Shown piece by piece: positions 24,995-33,742 of a DNA stretch of 64,000 nt. Both the position numbers and the translations under genes were made by a program. The stretch lies in the IMG/VR virus record IMGVR_UViG_2731957818_000004. One strand, written 5' to 3'. Numbering within the stretch: the first letter of the stretch is position 1; every line of letters starts with the position of its first letter. Under the pieces are notes generated by a model. It ran no database searches. It saw only the letters and a list, made by a program, of their open reading frames with translations, and was not told where the DNA came from. The stretch comes from a virus. Lineage: Duplodnaviria; Heunggongvirae; Uroviricota; Caudoviricetes.

Positions 24995-25639
24995 TCAGTG
25001 GAAGGTCACTCGTCCTGTTATACGGCGCTCGATGTTTTCAGCGGCTCTGTCCAGCACTCGCAATACCGATCTGGCTCGCGCTTCAACCGTGCGGCACTTT
25101 TCAGAAATAACGAACACCTGCAGATCGCCGGTTTGGGGAAGCGTGTTGATTTTCGTCAGCTCACCGCACATAAGTGCATCGATGCGAGCAACATAGAGAC
25201 GGTCAAGCGATCCTCGCTGGGGACGCGCGAGATCTTTGCTGGAAAGCTCAACGCCCGGGCGAAGACCCGCGATAGCATTGAAGTTGGAAATGGCCGCTTT
25301 GTGGCAAAACTGCTCAATGTCGAGAGCCAGCTCGATGCAGCGGTCTTCGTTGGTCTGGCCGACCAGGTCAAGCGTATAAGCCATGACATCGGCTGGCGTG
25401 CGGTCGATAACAAAACCTTCAACGCCGCGGGTGATCATCTCGATGTGTCTGGCAATCTCCATCTGAACCTGAAGACGTTCGTAAAGGGGCAAACGCTCGC
25501 CAACCTTCACCCCCAGACTGCTCATCAGCTTGCCAACGCCGGCATCCACATACGGAATGCCATAATGCGCATCGATGTACCTTGCCAGGGTTGTTTTTCC
25601 ACTGCCCTGTGCGCCAGTGATTCCAATCCGGTAATCCAT
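24995..25639 (-). CDS. P-loop nucleotide kinase-like protein (dNMP/adenylate kinase-like candidate).
   Basis: Walker A GITGAQGSGKTT at the N-terminus. Lies in a nucleotide-metabolism operon. Confidence 0.45.
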   Translation of the reverse strand: MDYRIGITGAQGSGKTTLARYIDAHYGIPYVDAGVGKLMSSLGVKVGERLPLYERLQVQMEIARHIEMITRGVEGFVIDRTPADVMAYTLDLVGQTNEDRCIELALDIEQFCHKAAISNFNAIAGLRPGVELSSKDLARPQRGSLDRLYVARIDALMCGELTKINTLPQTGDLQVFVISEKCRTVEARARSVLRVLDRAAENIERRITGRVTFH

Positions 25640-26115
25640 TACGACCTTCTGTATACGATCTGCAAAAAGCCAGGCTCATCCTCATTTGCACGTTGGGTAT
25701 AAGCCGTTTCTACTGGTACGAACCCTAAAGAACGCATCATTGGCGCCGGGAAGAACGCATCCGCGCCCGGCACATCCACGCCAATATGCGACAGCCAGAT
25801 CTCTTCTACGTGTGGCATAAAGAGCGAGTAAATCTGCCCGCCACCAATCACCCAGACCGGATCTGGCAGTCTCAAAACGTCATCGATGCCAGCGGGGTAG
25901 AACCCATTGGGGATATACCCACAAGAGCGCGTCAAAACGAGGTTATGGCGCTCTGGCAGCGGGCGCTTGAGACTTTCCATCGTCTTGCGTCCCATCACGA
26001 CAGTGGCGTTTTTGGTGAGTTGTTTGAACAGTTTCAGATCGGTCGGGCAACGCCAGGGAAGTTCGTTGCCAATGCCGATTTCATAGTTGCGGCCGACAGC
26101 TGCAATCATCTTCAT
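25639..26115 (-). CDS. folA: Dihydrofolate reductase.
   Basis: IAAVGRNYEIG..LPW....DLKLFK..T....VVMGRKT.ESL..PLP.R.N.VL matches DHFR. Confidence 0.8.
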   Translation of the reverse strand: MKMIAAVGRNYEIGIGNELPWRCPTDLKLFKQLTKNATVVMGRKTMESLKRPLPERHNLVLTRSCGYIPNGFYPAGIDDVLRLPDPVWVIGGGQIYSLFMPHVEEIWLSHIGVDVPGADAFFPAPMMRSLGFVPVETAYTQRANEDEPGFLQIVYRRS

Positions 26116-26525
26116 TGGCTTACCTCATAGATGGTTGGTCGCTGGTGAGAATCTGCCAGCGCAGAACGCAGACGCGGATCATGAACCAGTGCGGCGATAA
26201 GTAAGTCGCCTTTGTGCTCTGCCAGCGTGCGCTTGATATGGGTTTCAAAACTGACACCGCGCGGAACAAGGTGGAGCCAGTCATAATCAATGCCGAAGTC
26301 CTTCAGCCAGCGTTTGGTTGGGCCTTCGAGCGCTTCCGGACGACTACTGATAAGCACCACTTCAGCACCGGAGCGAGCAAAACCACGCAACATGCGGCTG
26401 GTGGGAAAGATGAGTTCATCACCAGCAATGAGAGCGCCTGCATCCGCATCAGGCACTGCTTTGCGATGGCTGGCTCTCGCCAGCACACCTTCAATTTCAC
26501 ACAACACATACATCCCTCTGGCCAT
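26112..26525 (-). CDS. Hypothetical protein with a HAD-like motif arrangement. Start moved to MARGMYVL.
   Basis: The ATG at 26525 lies 1 nt after the thyA stop. The hhhCEIEGVL / SGAEVVLISSRP / K / GDLLIAALVHD order resembles a HAD fold, but the DxD nucleophile is replaced by ExE. Confidence 0.3.
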   Translation of the reverse strand: MARGMYVLCEIEGVLARASHRKAVPDADAGALIAGDELIFPTSRMLRGFARSGAEVVLISSRPEALEGPTKRWLKDFGIDYDWLHLVPRGVSFETHIKRTLAEHKGDLLIAALVHDPRLRSALADSHQRPTIYEVSQ

Positions 26526-26526
26526 A

Positions 26527-27642
26527 TCACACCGCCACTGGAACCTTGATCCACGGAAGAGGGCTGTAGCCGCACACCTGCACACCTTCCCATTTGAAGT
26601 CGTCCAGTTCGGCCCATTCAGGCGGAAAAATGACAACCGGGTCGGACTCTTTGGGCGGCTCGCGCTTCATCAGCTCCTCAACGCCTTCCATGTGGTTGTC
26701 GTAGAGATGAACGTCAAAGCCAAAATGCACGAATGCGCCAGCCATGTGGCCGGTGATCTTCGCGAGGAAGTGGGTGAGAATGCCGTAACCGGCGATGTTG
26801 AACGGCATACCAACAAAGGTATCGACGCTGCGCTGCACCAGACATGAGTTCAGAATGCGTTTCGGGATGCCCAGCTCGTCCAGCATGTTCTCAGTAATGC
26901 CGCCATCTCTTTCCAGAAGACACAGCATCTGGGTGTAAATGGATTCGTGGCCGTGGCGGTTGTGCTGGATGCCAATGTCGGTGGCCATCGTCAGTCGAGT
27001 CTCAAAGTCCAGCTCGCGACTCCACAGTGAAAACACGAAATGGCATGGCGGCAGCTTCATATCTTCCAGTTCGCCAACATTCCAGGCATTCAGCAGGATG
27101 CGACGATCTGTCGGGTTGGTGCGAAGCGTGTGAACGATACGCTGTAGCTGGTCGATTTCACGGGACAACACAACGCGATCTTCACTTACGCCCAGATACC
27201 CCTCAACCTTGTAACCGCGCTCACGGAACGTGTCGATTTTGCTCAAATACTCGCTATGGCTCACGATGCGGGTATCTTCCCACCGACGCCATTGTTTGCC
27301 ATAGACCGGGCCTAAATCGCCATTTTCATCAGCCCAGGCATCCCAGATTTTGACGCCATTGTCTTTCAGGAACTGGATGTTGCCCGTTCCTTTGAGATAC
27401 CACTCCAGCTCAACCAGTAACGGCTTCAGGTTGACGGCTTTTCCGGAGATAAGTGGAACAGAGCCGCCCGTCAGCATGTAGTAGGAAGGGACATATGAAA
27501 CGCTTTTTGTGCCGGTTCCGGTGCGATCACCCGCGTGAACGCCAGTGTTGAGCACCGTTTCAACCACTTTGGCATACGAACCACTGGCAAACTGACCGTT
27601 CGTAAAGTCTCGATTCAGTAGGATAGACAAAATCAACCTCAC
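26527..27642 (-). CDS. thyA: Thymidylate synthase. The N-terminal start is uncertain; a GTG or TTG start is possible.
   Basis: GDRTGTGT...LKPLLVELEWYLKGTGNIQFL..NGVKIWDAWADENGDLGPVYGKQWR, close to E. coli ThyA. Confidence 0.85.
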   Translation of the reverse strand: MRLILSILLNRDFTNGQFASGSYAKVVETVLNTGVHAGDRTGTGTKSVSYVPSYYMLTGGSVPLISGKAVNLKPLLVELEWYLKGTGNIQFLKDNGVKIWDAWADENGDLGPVYGKQWRRWEDTRIVSHSEYLSKIDTFRERGYKVEGYLGVSEDRVVLSREIDQLQRIVHTLRTNPTDRRILLNAWNVGELEDMKLPPCHFVFSLWSRELDFETRLTMATDIGIQHNRHGHESIYTQMLCLLERDGGITENMLDELGIPKRILNSCLVQRSVDTFVGMPFNIAGYGILTHFLAKITGHMAGAFVHFGFDVHLYDNHMEGVEELMKREPPKESDPVVIFPPEWAELDDFKWEGVQVCGYSPLPWIKVPVAV

Positions 27643-27646
27643 ACAA

Positions 27647-27665
27647 GATAAGTAAGTACATACAT
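27647..27665. promoter_or_regulatory. Class B-like motif GATAAGTAAGTACATACAT.
   Basis: Immediately upstream of thyA. Confidence 0.45.
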
Positions 27666-27800
27666 ATTATTTTATACAAGTTTATCTGTCAGAAGTGTGT
27701 AAGGCTAGGAGGGGAGTAAAAAAAATGGTGGCTCTTAGGCCACCATTGCAATGAGCAATTAATAACTTGGACAATAAAACACGCCCAGGCAATATATAAT

Positions 27801-27820
27801 GATAAGTAGATACTTACAAT
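27801..27820. promoter_or_regulatory. Class B-like motif GATAAGTAGATACTTACAAT.
   Basis: Between the MazG-like gene and the thyA terminator/promoter. Confidence 0.45.
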
Positions 27821-28755
27821 TATTTTTTTACCATCTCGTAAAGAGATGAGGCTTTCGCCTTCTCAACAAAGCGAGTCAGATCCACATCGCTGTAGGTTGG
27901 GAATTTGAGGATCTTGCCATCAGAAACTCTGAAGCCAATCATCATGTCAGTCCCTTCAGCGTGGCGGAAGCCCAGATCTTCCTTGTCGTATTTGCAATTC
28001 TCTACCGCCACACGACGCTCTTCGGCGTCAGCCGGCCACAGCTTGGTCATGTTGGAACGATGGATTTCTGCCACCAGCTCAACAATATCGATACCGAGAA
28101 AATCAGCCAGGCGGTAGGTCATCATGCAGGCAACGTAGATTTTGTTCATCACGCGGCGCAGCTCCTGCACCAATTCGGAATCGTTAATCGGCTTCGCTTC
28201 GAGTTTGTCAGCCAGTGCATTCAGCATTAATGCAGCTTCTTTTGCTTCTTCAAACGGGATGGCCATGTCGTCAAAGACCGTGTTGCCTGGAACCATGATG
28301 GTGTGGATGAAGCGATCAACACTCTGCTCTTGGGTGTAGTAGCTCATGCCTGTAGAGATACCGCCTTTGATGGCCACCATTGTGCCGACGCCCACGTAAA
28401 GGAAGTCAGCCATCGCATCCAGCAGCGCCGTCATGTCCCCGTTTTTAGCTGCCGGGATGCCCTCGGTAACAGCTTCTTCGTGGATCAGCTTGGCACGCAG
28501 ACGCAGTAGTGCCGGATCTGGAATGGCACGGCGTGGGTGCTGAAACAGTGTGTGGAACTGGTCAACCATCAGGTAGATGCTTTCCGTTGCCTTGCCAAAA
28601 CCGGGATTCAACTCGTAAGGCTCTGGCTTAAATCCCACGAGTTTGTCTGCGGCAAGTTTCAGATGATCGGTCAGTTTCGTAAATTTCATGTCTTCTTTCT
28701 TTCCTTTGGACTTCATTTGATACGTCAATTGTGACCCAGCAGCGCCAGGCCACAA
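27820..28755 (-). CDS. MazG-like all-alpha NTP pyrophosphohydrolase (tandem-domain candidate).
   Basis: LRAKLIHEEAVE...ALLDAMADFLYV (EExxE...DxxxD/E pattern) and a C-terminal LGIDIVELVAEIHRSNMTK resembling the MazG C-terminus. Confidence 0.4.
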   Translation of the reverse strand: MWPGAAGSQLTYQMKSKGKKEDMKFTKLTDHLKLAADKLVGFKPEPYELNPGFGKATESIYLMVDQFHTLFQHPRRAIPDPALLRLRAKLIHEEAVTEGIPAAKNGDMTALLDAMADFLYVGVGTMVAIKGGISTGMSYYTQEQSVDRFIHTIMVPGNTVFDDMAIPFEEAKEAALMLNALADKLEAKPINDSELVQELRRVMNKIYVACMMTYRLADFLGIDIVELVAEIHRSNMTKLWPADAEERRVAVENCKYDKEDLGFRHAEGTDMMIGFRVSDGKILKFPTYSDVDLTRFVEKAKASSLYEMVKK

Positions 28756-28771
28756 AGTGGTTAAACTCGGC

Positions 28772-29914
28772 TTAAAGGTCTGCGAACTGGCTCAGGCCGG
28801 AGCGATCGACAGCGGAGTCAATCTGGCCAACGAGGTAGTTGCTTTGTTCAGCTTCCTGCGGAGCGATCTGCAGGGTGTCTGACAGCAGCCATTTGTTCAT
28901 CCATACCAGTGGATCGTCTTTGATTTCCGGGAACAGCGGTCGCAGCCCAAGACGACGCATTGCCAGGTTGGTGCGGTATTTCACATAGCTTTTGAGGATG
29001 TCGGCATTCAAGCCAATCATTGAGCCGTCTTTAAACAGATAGTCAGCCCAGCGCATTTCCTGCCCGGCCACGTCCATCATGGTCTGATAGATGAAGCTCT
29101 CTTCTTCTGCGGCAATCATCTTCCACATCAGACCTTCACGACCGGTACGCATAAAACGGATCATGCGTTCAGTACCTTCGCAATGCAGAGCCTCGTCGCG
29201 CGCGATGAAGCGCATGATCTTCGTGTTGCCCTCCAGCAGCTTCCGCTCACCAAAGGCGAACGTACACGCAAAGCTCACGTAGAAGCGAATCGCCTCCAGT
29301 GCATTCACCGACACCAGTGTTCGGAACAGCTGGCGCTGGAGAGGGTAGGGCTTGCCATCAAACTCGCTGACATACAGCCGTTCAAATTCGTCTTCACCAA
29401 GATGCTGGCGAGCGCAGGTCATTTCGTACAGCCTGTCATATTCGCTTGAGATGCTTACAGCCCGGCTGATGATCTCTTCGTCCGTGACGATGCCGTCGAA
29501 AACGATGCTCGGGTCATCCACCATACCGCGGATAATGTGGGTATAGCTGCGGCTGTGAATCGTCTCAGAGAACGACCAGGTCTCAACCCATGTCTCCAGC
29601 TCAGGAATGGAGATCAGCGGCAGTAGTGTTGCGTTTGGACTGCGACCCTGAACGGAATCCAACAACGTCTGGTAACGCAGGTTGCTCAGGAAAATATGGC
29701 GTTCGTGCTCTTGCAGCTTGGTATTGAAGTCGATGCGGTCAGTGGTAATGTCGACTTCTTCAGGGCGCCAGAAGAACGAAAGTTGTTTCTCAATCAGCTT
29801 TTCGAAGTCACGGTACTTTTGCTGATCGTAGCGTGCTACGTTGACAGACTGGCCGAGGAACATAGGTTCCTTCGTTGCGTCGTTAGCGCCCAAACGGAAA
29901 GTAGAATAAGTCAT
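28772..29914 (-). CDS. nrdB: Ribonucleotide reductase class Ia beta subunit.
   Basis: [40 protein letters not shown]...IGLN.D....YV.Y.......LGL...F. Nearly collinear with E. coli NrdB, including the C-terminal SQFADL. Confidence 0.9.
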   Translation of the reverse strand: MTYSTFRLGANDATKEPMFLGQSVNVARYDQQKYRDFEKLIEKQLSFFWRPEEVDITTDRIDFNTKLQEHERHIFLSNLRYQTLLDSVQGRSPNATLLPLISIPELETWVETWSFSETIHSRSYTHIIRGMVDDPSIVFDGIVTDEEIISRAVSISSEYDRLYEMTCARQHLGEDEFERLYVSEFDGKPYPLQRQLFRTLVSVNALEAIRFYVSFACTFAFGERKLLEGNTKIMRFIARDEALHCEGTERMIRFMRTGREGLMWKMIAAEEESFIYQTMMDVAGQEMRWADYLFKDGSMIGLNADILKSYVKYRTNLAMRRLGLRPLFPEIKDDPLVWMNKWLLSDTLQIAPQEAEQSNYLVGQIDSAVDRSGLSQFADL

Positions 29915-29946
29915 GTGTTTCCCTCTGAATGTTATCGAGTGGCTTT

Positions 29947-29959
29947 AAACAAATTGTTA
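29947..29959. promoter_or_regulatory. Class A palindrome in the nrdB leader.
   Basis: aaacaaattgtta, preceded on the minus strand by ACCAATAAGATAAC. Confidence 0.5.
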
Positions 29960-30021
29960 TCTTATTGGTTTAAACAAGGTGCTCAACTCAATGAAAAGGT
30001 GGGGATCTCTCCCCACGCTCA

Positions 30022-32337
30022 TCAGATTTTGCACGCGCCATCGCACTCATCTTCTGGCTCAACAACCTCCGCAGCGGAAGGTTTTGACACCTGATCGTCG
30101 TCATCACGCTTACCAGCGCCATCACGCGTGTTGTGGTAATAAAGCGTCTTCACACCTTGCTGATACGCAAACAGCAGGTCTTCCAGCAGCTTCATCATTG
30201 GAACCTTATCGCCAGGGAAGCGAGTCGGGTCGTAGTTGGTGTTCGCAGAGATGGCCTGATCGAAGAACTTCTGAATAATGGCCACCTTAGTCAGATAGCC
30301 GCGGTTATCCGGCATATCCCACAGGTACTCGTACTGGTCTTTCAGTTGCGCGAAGTCCGGAACGACCATCTTCACGATGCCGTCTTTTGAAGACTTCACG
30401 GACACCGGGCCGCGGGGCGGCTCAATACCATTGGTGGAGTTGGTGATCTGGCTGGACGTCTCACACGGCATTTGCGCTGTAAGAGTGGAGTTACGCAGAC
30501 CATGCTCACGGATACGGCCACGCAGCTCTTCCCACGGCATTTTCAGCTCGAAAGAGGTCTCCGGGTTGGTATCCAGCGTTTTGCGATAGTGGTCGACTGG
30601 CAGCTGGCCCTGTGCATATTTGGTGTGGGAGAACCAGTCACATGCACCTTTCGCTTCGGCCAGTCGGCAGCTCGCATCGAGCAGGTAGTACTGAATGGCT
30701 TCGAAGGTCTCATGCACCAGCTGGTTGCCCGCAGCGTCAGAGTAGTTAAAGCCGTTCTTCGCCAGATAGTAGGCAAAGTTGGTTACGCCAATGCCCAGGC
30801 TACGACGTGCTTTAGCCGGGATTTCTGCAGCAGCCATCGGGTAGTCCTGATAGTCGAGCAGAGAGTCCAGTGCCGCCACAGCGTAGAACGCCACGTCTTT
30901 CAGTGAGTCCAACGTGCGGATCGCGCCCAGGTTAAACGCAGACAGAGTGCAAAGCGCGATTTCCCCGTTCGAATCGTCAGTGAACGCCAGTGGCTTGGTC
31001 GGTAGCGTGATCTCCATGCAGAGATTGGACTGGTGTACCGGTGCAATTTCCGGAACGAATGCGCCGTGATCGTTCATGTGGTCGACGTTGGCAATGTAAA
31101 CACGACCAGTAGAGGCACGCTCCTGCATCAGCGTAGAGAACAGGTCGACGGCCGGGATAGATTTCTTACGGATGCTCTCGTCGGCTTCGTACTTCAGGTA
31201 CAGCTCTTCGAACTTGTCCTGATCAACAAAGAACGCGTCGTACAGGCCCGGCACATCGTGTGGGCTGAACAGCGTAATGTTTTCGTTGCGCACCAGGCGG
31301 CGATACATCAGACGGTTAATCATCACGCCATAGTCGAGATGACGAACGCGGTTCTCTTCAATGCCACGGTTGTTTTTCAGCACCAGCAGGCTTTCTACTT
31401 CCAAGTGCCAGATCGGATAGAACGCTGTAGCAGCGCCGCCGCGAACACCGCCCTGAGAGCAGGATTTCACCGCCGTCTGGAAGTGTTTCAGGAATGGAAT
31501 AACGCCAGTGTGGGTGGCCTCGCCATTGCGGATCTCACTTCCCAGCGCACGCAGACGCCCAAAGCCAATACCAATGCCCGCGCGACGTGACACGTAGTCG
31601 ATGATTGCGGAAGACGCAGCGCTAATCCCTTTCAGACTATCAGCAGCTTCAATCAGCACGCAGCTGGAGAACTGGCGAGTAGGGGTGCGCACGCCGGCCA
31701 TAATTGGCGTTGGCAGAGACAGCTTGAATGTACTGGTCACATCGTAGAAGCCTTTAACCATCTCCAGACGCGTCTTACCGGCGCAGCCATCTTCCCAATT
31801 CTGGAACAGGCACATGCCTACCAGCATGTAGAGTTGCTGTGGCCCTTCGTAGATAGCGCCAGTTACACGGTTTTGAACGAGATACTTGCTCGCCAGCTGC
31901 ACGGTTGCGGCATAGCCGAAGTATTCGTCGCGCTTAGGCTTGATGTACACGCCCAGCTCGGCAATTTCTTCCTGAGAGTAGTATTTGAGAAGGTCTTCAT
32001 CGTAAACGCCACGGCTGACGTTGCTGACGATGTGATTGTAGAAATTCGGGTAGTCATACTGCCCGAAGGCGTCCTTGCGGATCTTGAACAGGCTCAGTCG
32101 CGCGGCAACCTGCGAGTAGTTCGGGGTTTCCGGAGAGATCAGATCGGCAGCGGACTTCACCAGCGCTTCATGCAGCTGGCAGGTGGTCATTCCGTCGAAA
32201 ATGCTGGCAGCGGCGCCCATAGCGACAGCAGACGCGCTAACGTTGCGAATGTTTTCGACTCCCCACATCACAACGCGGTTGTATTTTTCCTCTGACAACG
32301 GCTCTGTGGAACCGTTACGTTTTACGATGCTTATCAT
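30022..32337 (-). CDS. nrdA: Ribonucleotide reductase class Ia alpha subunit.
   Basis: 771 aa, ATP-cone at the N-terminus, active-site NLCMEI, C-terminal CDGACKI. Confidence 0.9.
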   Translation of the reverse strand: MISIVKRNGSTEPLSEEKYNRVVMWGVENIRNVSASAVAMGAAASIFDGMTTCQLHEALVKSAADLISPETPNYSQVAARLSLFKIRKDAFGQYDYPNFYNHIVSNVSRGVYDEDLLKYYSQEEIAELGVYIKPKRDEYFGYAATVQLASKYLVQNRVTGAIYEGPQQLYMLVGMCLFQNWEDGCAGKTRLEMVKGFYDVTSTFKLSLPTPIMAGVRTPTRQFSSCVLIEAADSLKGISAASSAIIDYVSRRAGIGIGFGRLRALGSEIRNGEATHTGVIPFLKHFQTAVKSCSQGGVRGGAATAFYPIWHLEVESLLVLKNNRGIEENRVRHLDYGVMINRLMYRRLVRNENITLFSPHDVPGLYDAFFVDQDKFEELYLKYEADESIRKKSIPAVDLFSTLMQERASTGRVYIANVDHMNDHGAFVPEIAPVHQSNLCMEITLPTKPLAFTDDSNGEIALCTLSAFNLGAIRTLDSLKDVAFYAVAALDSLLDYQDYPMAAAEIPAKARRSLGIGVTNFAYYLAKNGFNYSDAAGNQLVHETFEAIQYYLLDASCRLAEAKGACDWFSHTKYAQGQLPVDHYRKTLDTNPETSFELKMPWEELRGRIREHGLRNSTLTAQMPCETSSQITNSTNGIEPPRGPVSVKSSKDGIVKMVVPDFAQLKDQYEYLWDMPDNRGYLTKVAIIQKFFDQAISANTNYDPTRFPGDKVPMMKLLEDLLFAYQQGVKTLYYHNTRDGAGKRDDDDQVSKPSAAEVVEPEDECDGACKI

Positions 32338-32349
32338 GTATCACCCAAT

Positions 32350-32404
32350 AAAAAAGGCCACTAAATATAGTGGCCTCATGTTAATAGATAAGCACTTACC
32401 TATC
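32350..32404 (-). promoter_or_regulatory. nrdA leader: class B palindrome GATAGGTAAGTGCTTATC (32387-32404) followed by a terminator-like hairpin GGCCACTATATTTAGTGGCC plus T-run (32350-32377), only 12 nt before the nrdA ATG.
   Basis: Seen directly. A possible TTGATA-17-TAACAT promoter overlaps the palindrome. Confidence 0.5.
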
Positions 32405-32414
32405 AATTACCGAC

Positions 32415-32984
32415 TTATAAAATTCCTGCAAGAACATCGCGAACCTGACGGAATTGATCAGTTTGCATACCGGTGTAAATCGACGCAACAGCGTCCGCAA
32501 GGTGCTCGTTTTTATTCACCAGCACTTCCTTGCCAGATTGCTTCCGGCGCAACCACGGGGCGTTTGGTTGCTTCTGCGTAGCCCACTGAATGATCTCTTC
32601 CTTCGACGTGGTCAGCTTATTCCCAACATAGTGCTTAATCTCGTTTGGCGTGACCTGTATAAGTGGCTTATCCACGCACGCCAGTACGCCAATGCAAATG
32701 CCATATGAGGTCTGAGAGCGACTCGATTGGCTACCAACCGGCAATTCACAAAACACCATATGAGCCTGCTCGATTATGGGCTTGGCGGTACGCCAGATTT
32801 CATTAGCGCGGCGCAGATCGTCGCTGTTTACGCGAACCGTCTTCTTGTTGCCGCCAGCTTTGGTTTCCACCAATGTCAGGCCATGAATGTCCAGCTTATC
32901 CGTTTCCAGATCCAGCGTGCCAATCGCCAGGCCAAAGTTGCTCATTGAAGGGTCGACGCCGACCACACGAATGGTTTTACTCAT
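32415..32984 (-). CDS. RuvC-like Holliday-junction resolvase. Start moved to MSKTIRVVG.
   Basis: IRVVGVDPSMSNFGLAIG (RuvC motif I) and EHLADAVASIY. AAGGGGA RBS. Confidence 0.6.
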   Translation of the reverse strand: MSKTIRVVGVDPSMSNFGLAIGTLDLETDKLDIHGLTLVETKAGGNKKTVRVNSDDLRRANEIWRTAKPIIEQAHMVFCELPVGSQSSRSQTSYGICIGVLACVDKPLIQVTPNEIKHYVGNKLTTSKEEIIQWATQKQPNAPWLRRKQSGKEVLVNKNEHLADAVASIYTGMQTDQFRQVRDVLAGIL

Positions 32985-32995
32985 TTTTGGTCCCC

Positions 32996-33742
32996 TTACC
33001 ACGTAGCCCAGGTTGGGCATTCCATTAGTTTCTGTTCAAGTGTCTTTTCCGGCTCGCGAGTTGGCGGCTTCGGAATGTCGCTAACAACGTGAATGCTATC
33101 GTTGGTTAGAACGCCTGCAGCAATGTCCGTATCGATCATGCTCTGGCCGATGAAATGCCGCATGATGTCGATCAGATGGTGTGCAGCCGTTTCATTCGCG
33201 CTGAATACATGGGGGAGAAGAACTTCAATAATCGCTACTTCACATCCCTCCTCGTAAAAGCAGAGTTTCGCCCGCTTTGAAATTGGCGCGTGCAGGTCAT
33301 AGTCAACAGAGAAGCTGGCGAAGGCAGCACCCGGCATTGCAACGTGATCCGCGCGTGCGTTAGCGTGTCGAATCAGATTAGTGAATGCGGTGCTGATGTG
33401 CGTCTCCATCGCATTGAAGAGCGCATTTTCTTGGATGTTCAGCGTTCCGGTTTCAGGAATCACAACGAACCCCGGCCCAGAATGTGGGAGATATCCACCT
33501 TCCGTAAATGGATTAATAAGGATCGGCGCAGTGCTTCCTGACGGCAGCATAGACAAACTCGGCATCAACGGAGTCGATGACAACAGACTGGTTAATACCG
33601 AGAACTGGTCGTCATTGATGTTTTCGTTTTTCCACAAAAGTGCAGGCGCAGCTGCTTTTGCCGTATGGTGGTTTATCAGCTTTATAGACTGCATCACGGC
33701 AAACATCTGCAAAAACTGCGTTCGGCTCAAGTTAAACGACAT
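32996..33742 (-). CDS. Hypothetical protein.
   Basis: 248-aa ORF between the SbcC-like and RuvC-like genes. Confidence 0.45.
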   Translation of the reverse strand: MSFNLSRTQFLQMFAVMQSIKLINHHTAKAAAPALLWKNENINDDQFSVLTSLLSSTPLMPSLSMLPSGSTAPILINPFTEGGYLPHSGPGFVVIPETGTLNIQENALFNAMETHISTAFTNLIRHANARADHVAMPGAAFASFSVDYDLHAPISKRAKLCFYEEGCEVAIIEVLLPHVFSANETAAHHLIDIMRHFIGQSMIDTDIAAGVLTNDSIHVVSDIPKPPTREPEKTLEQKLMECPTWATW

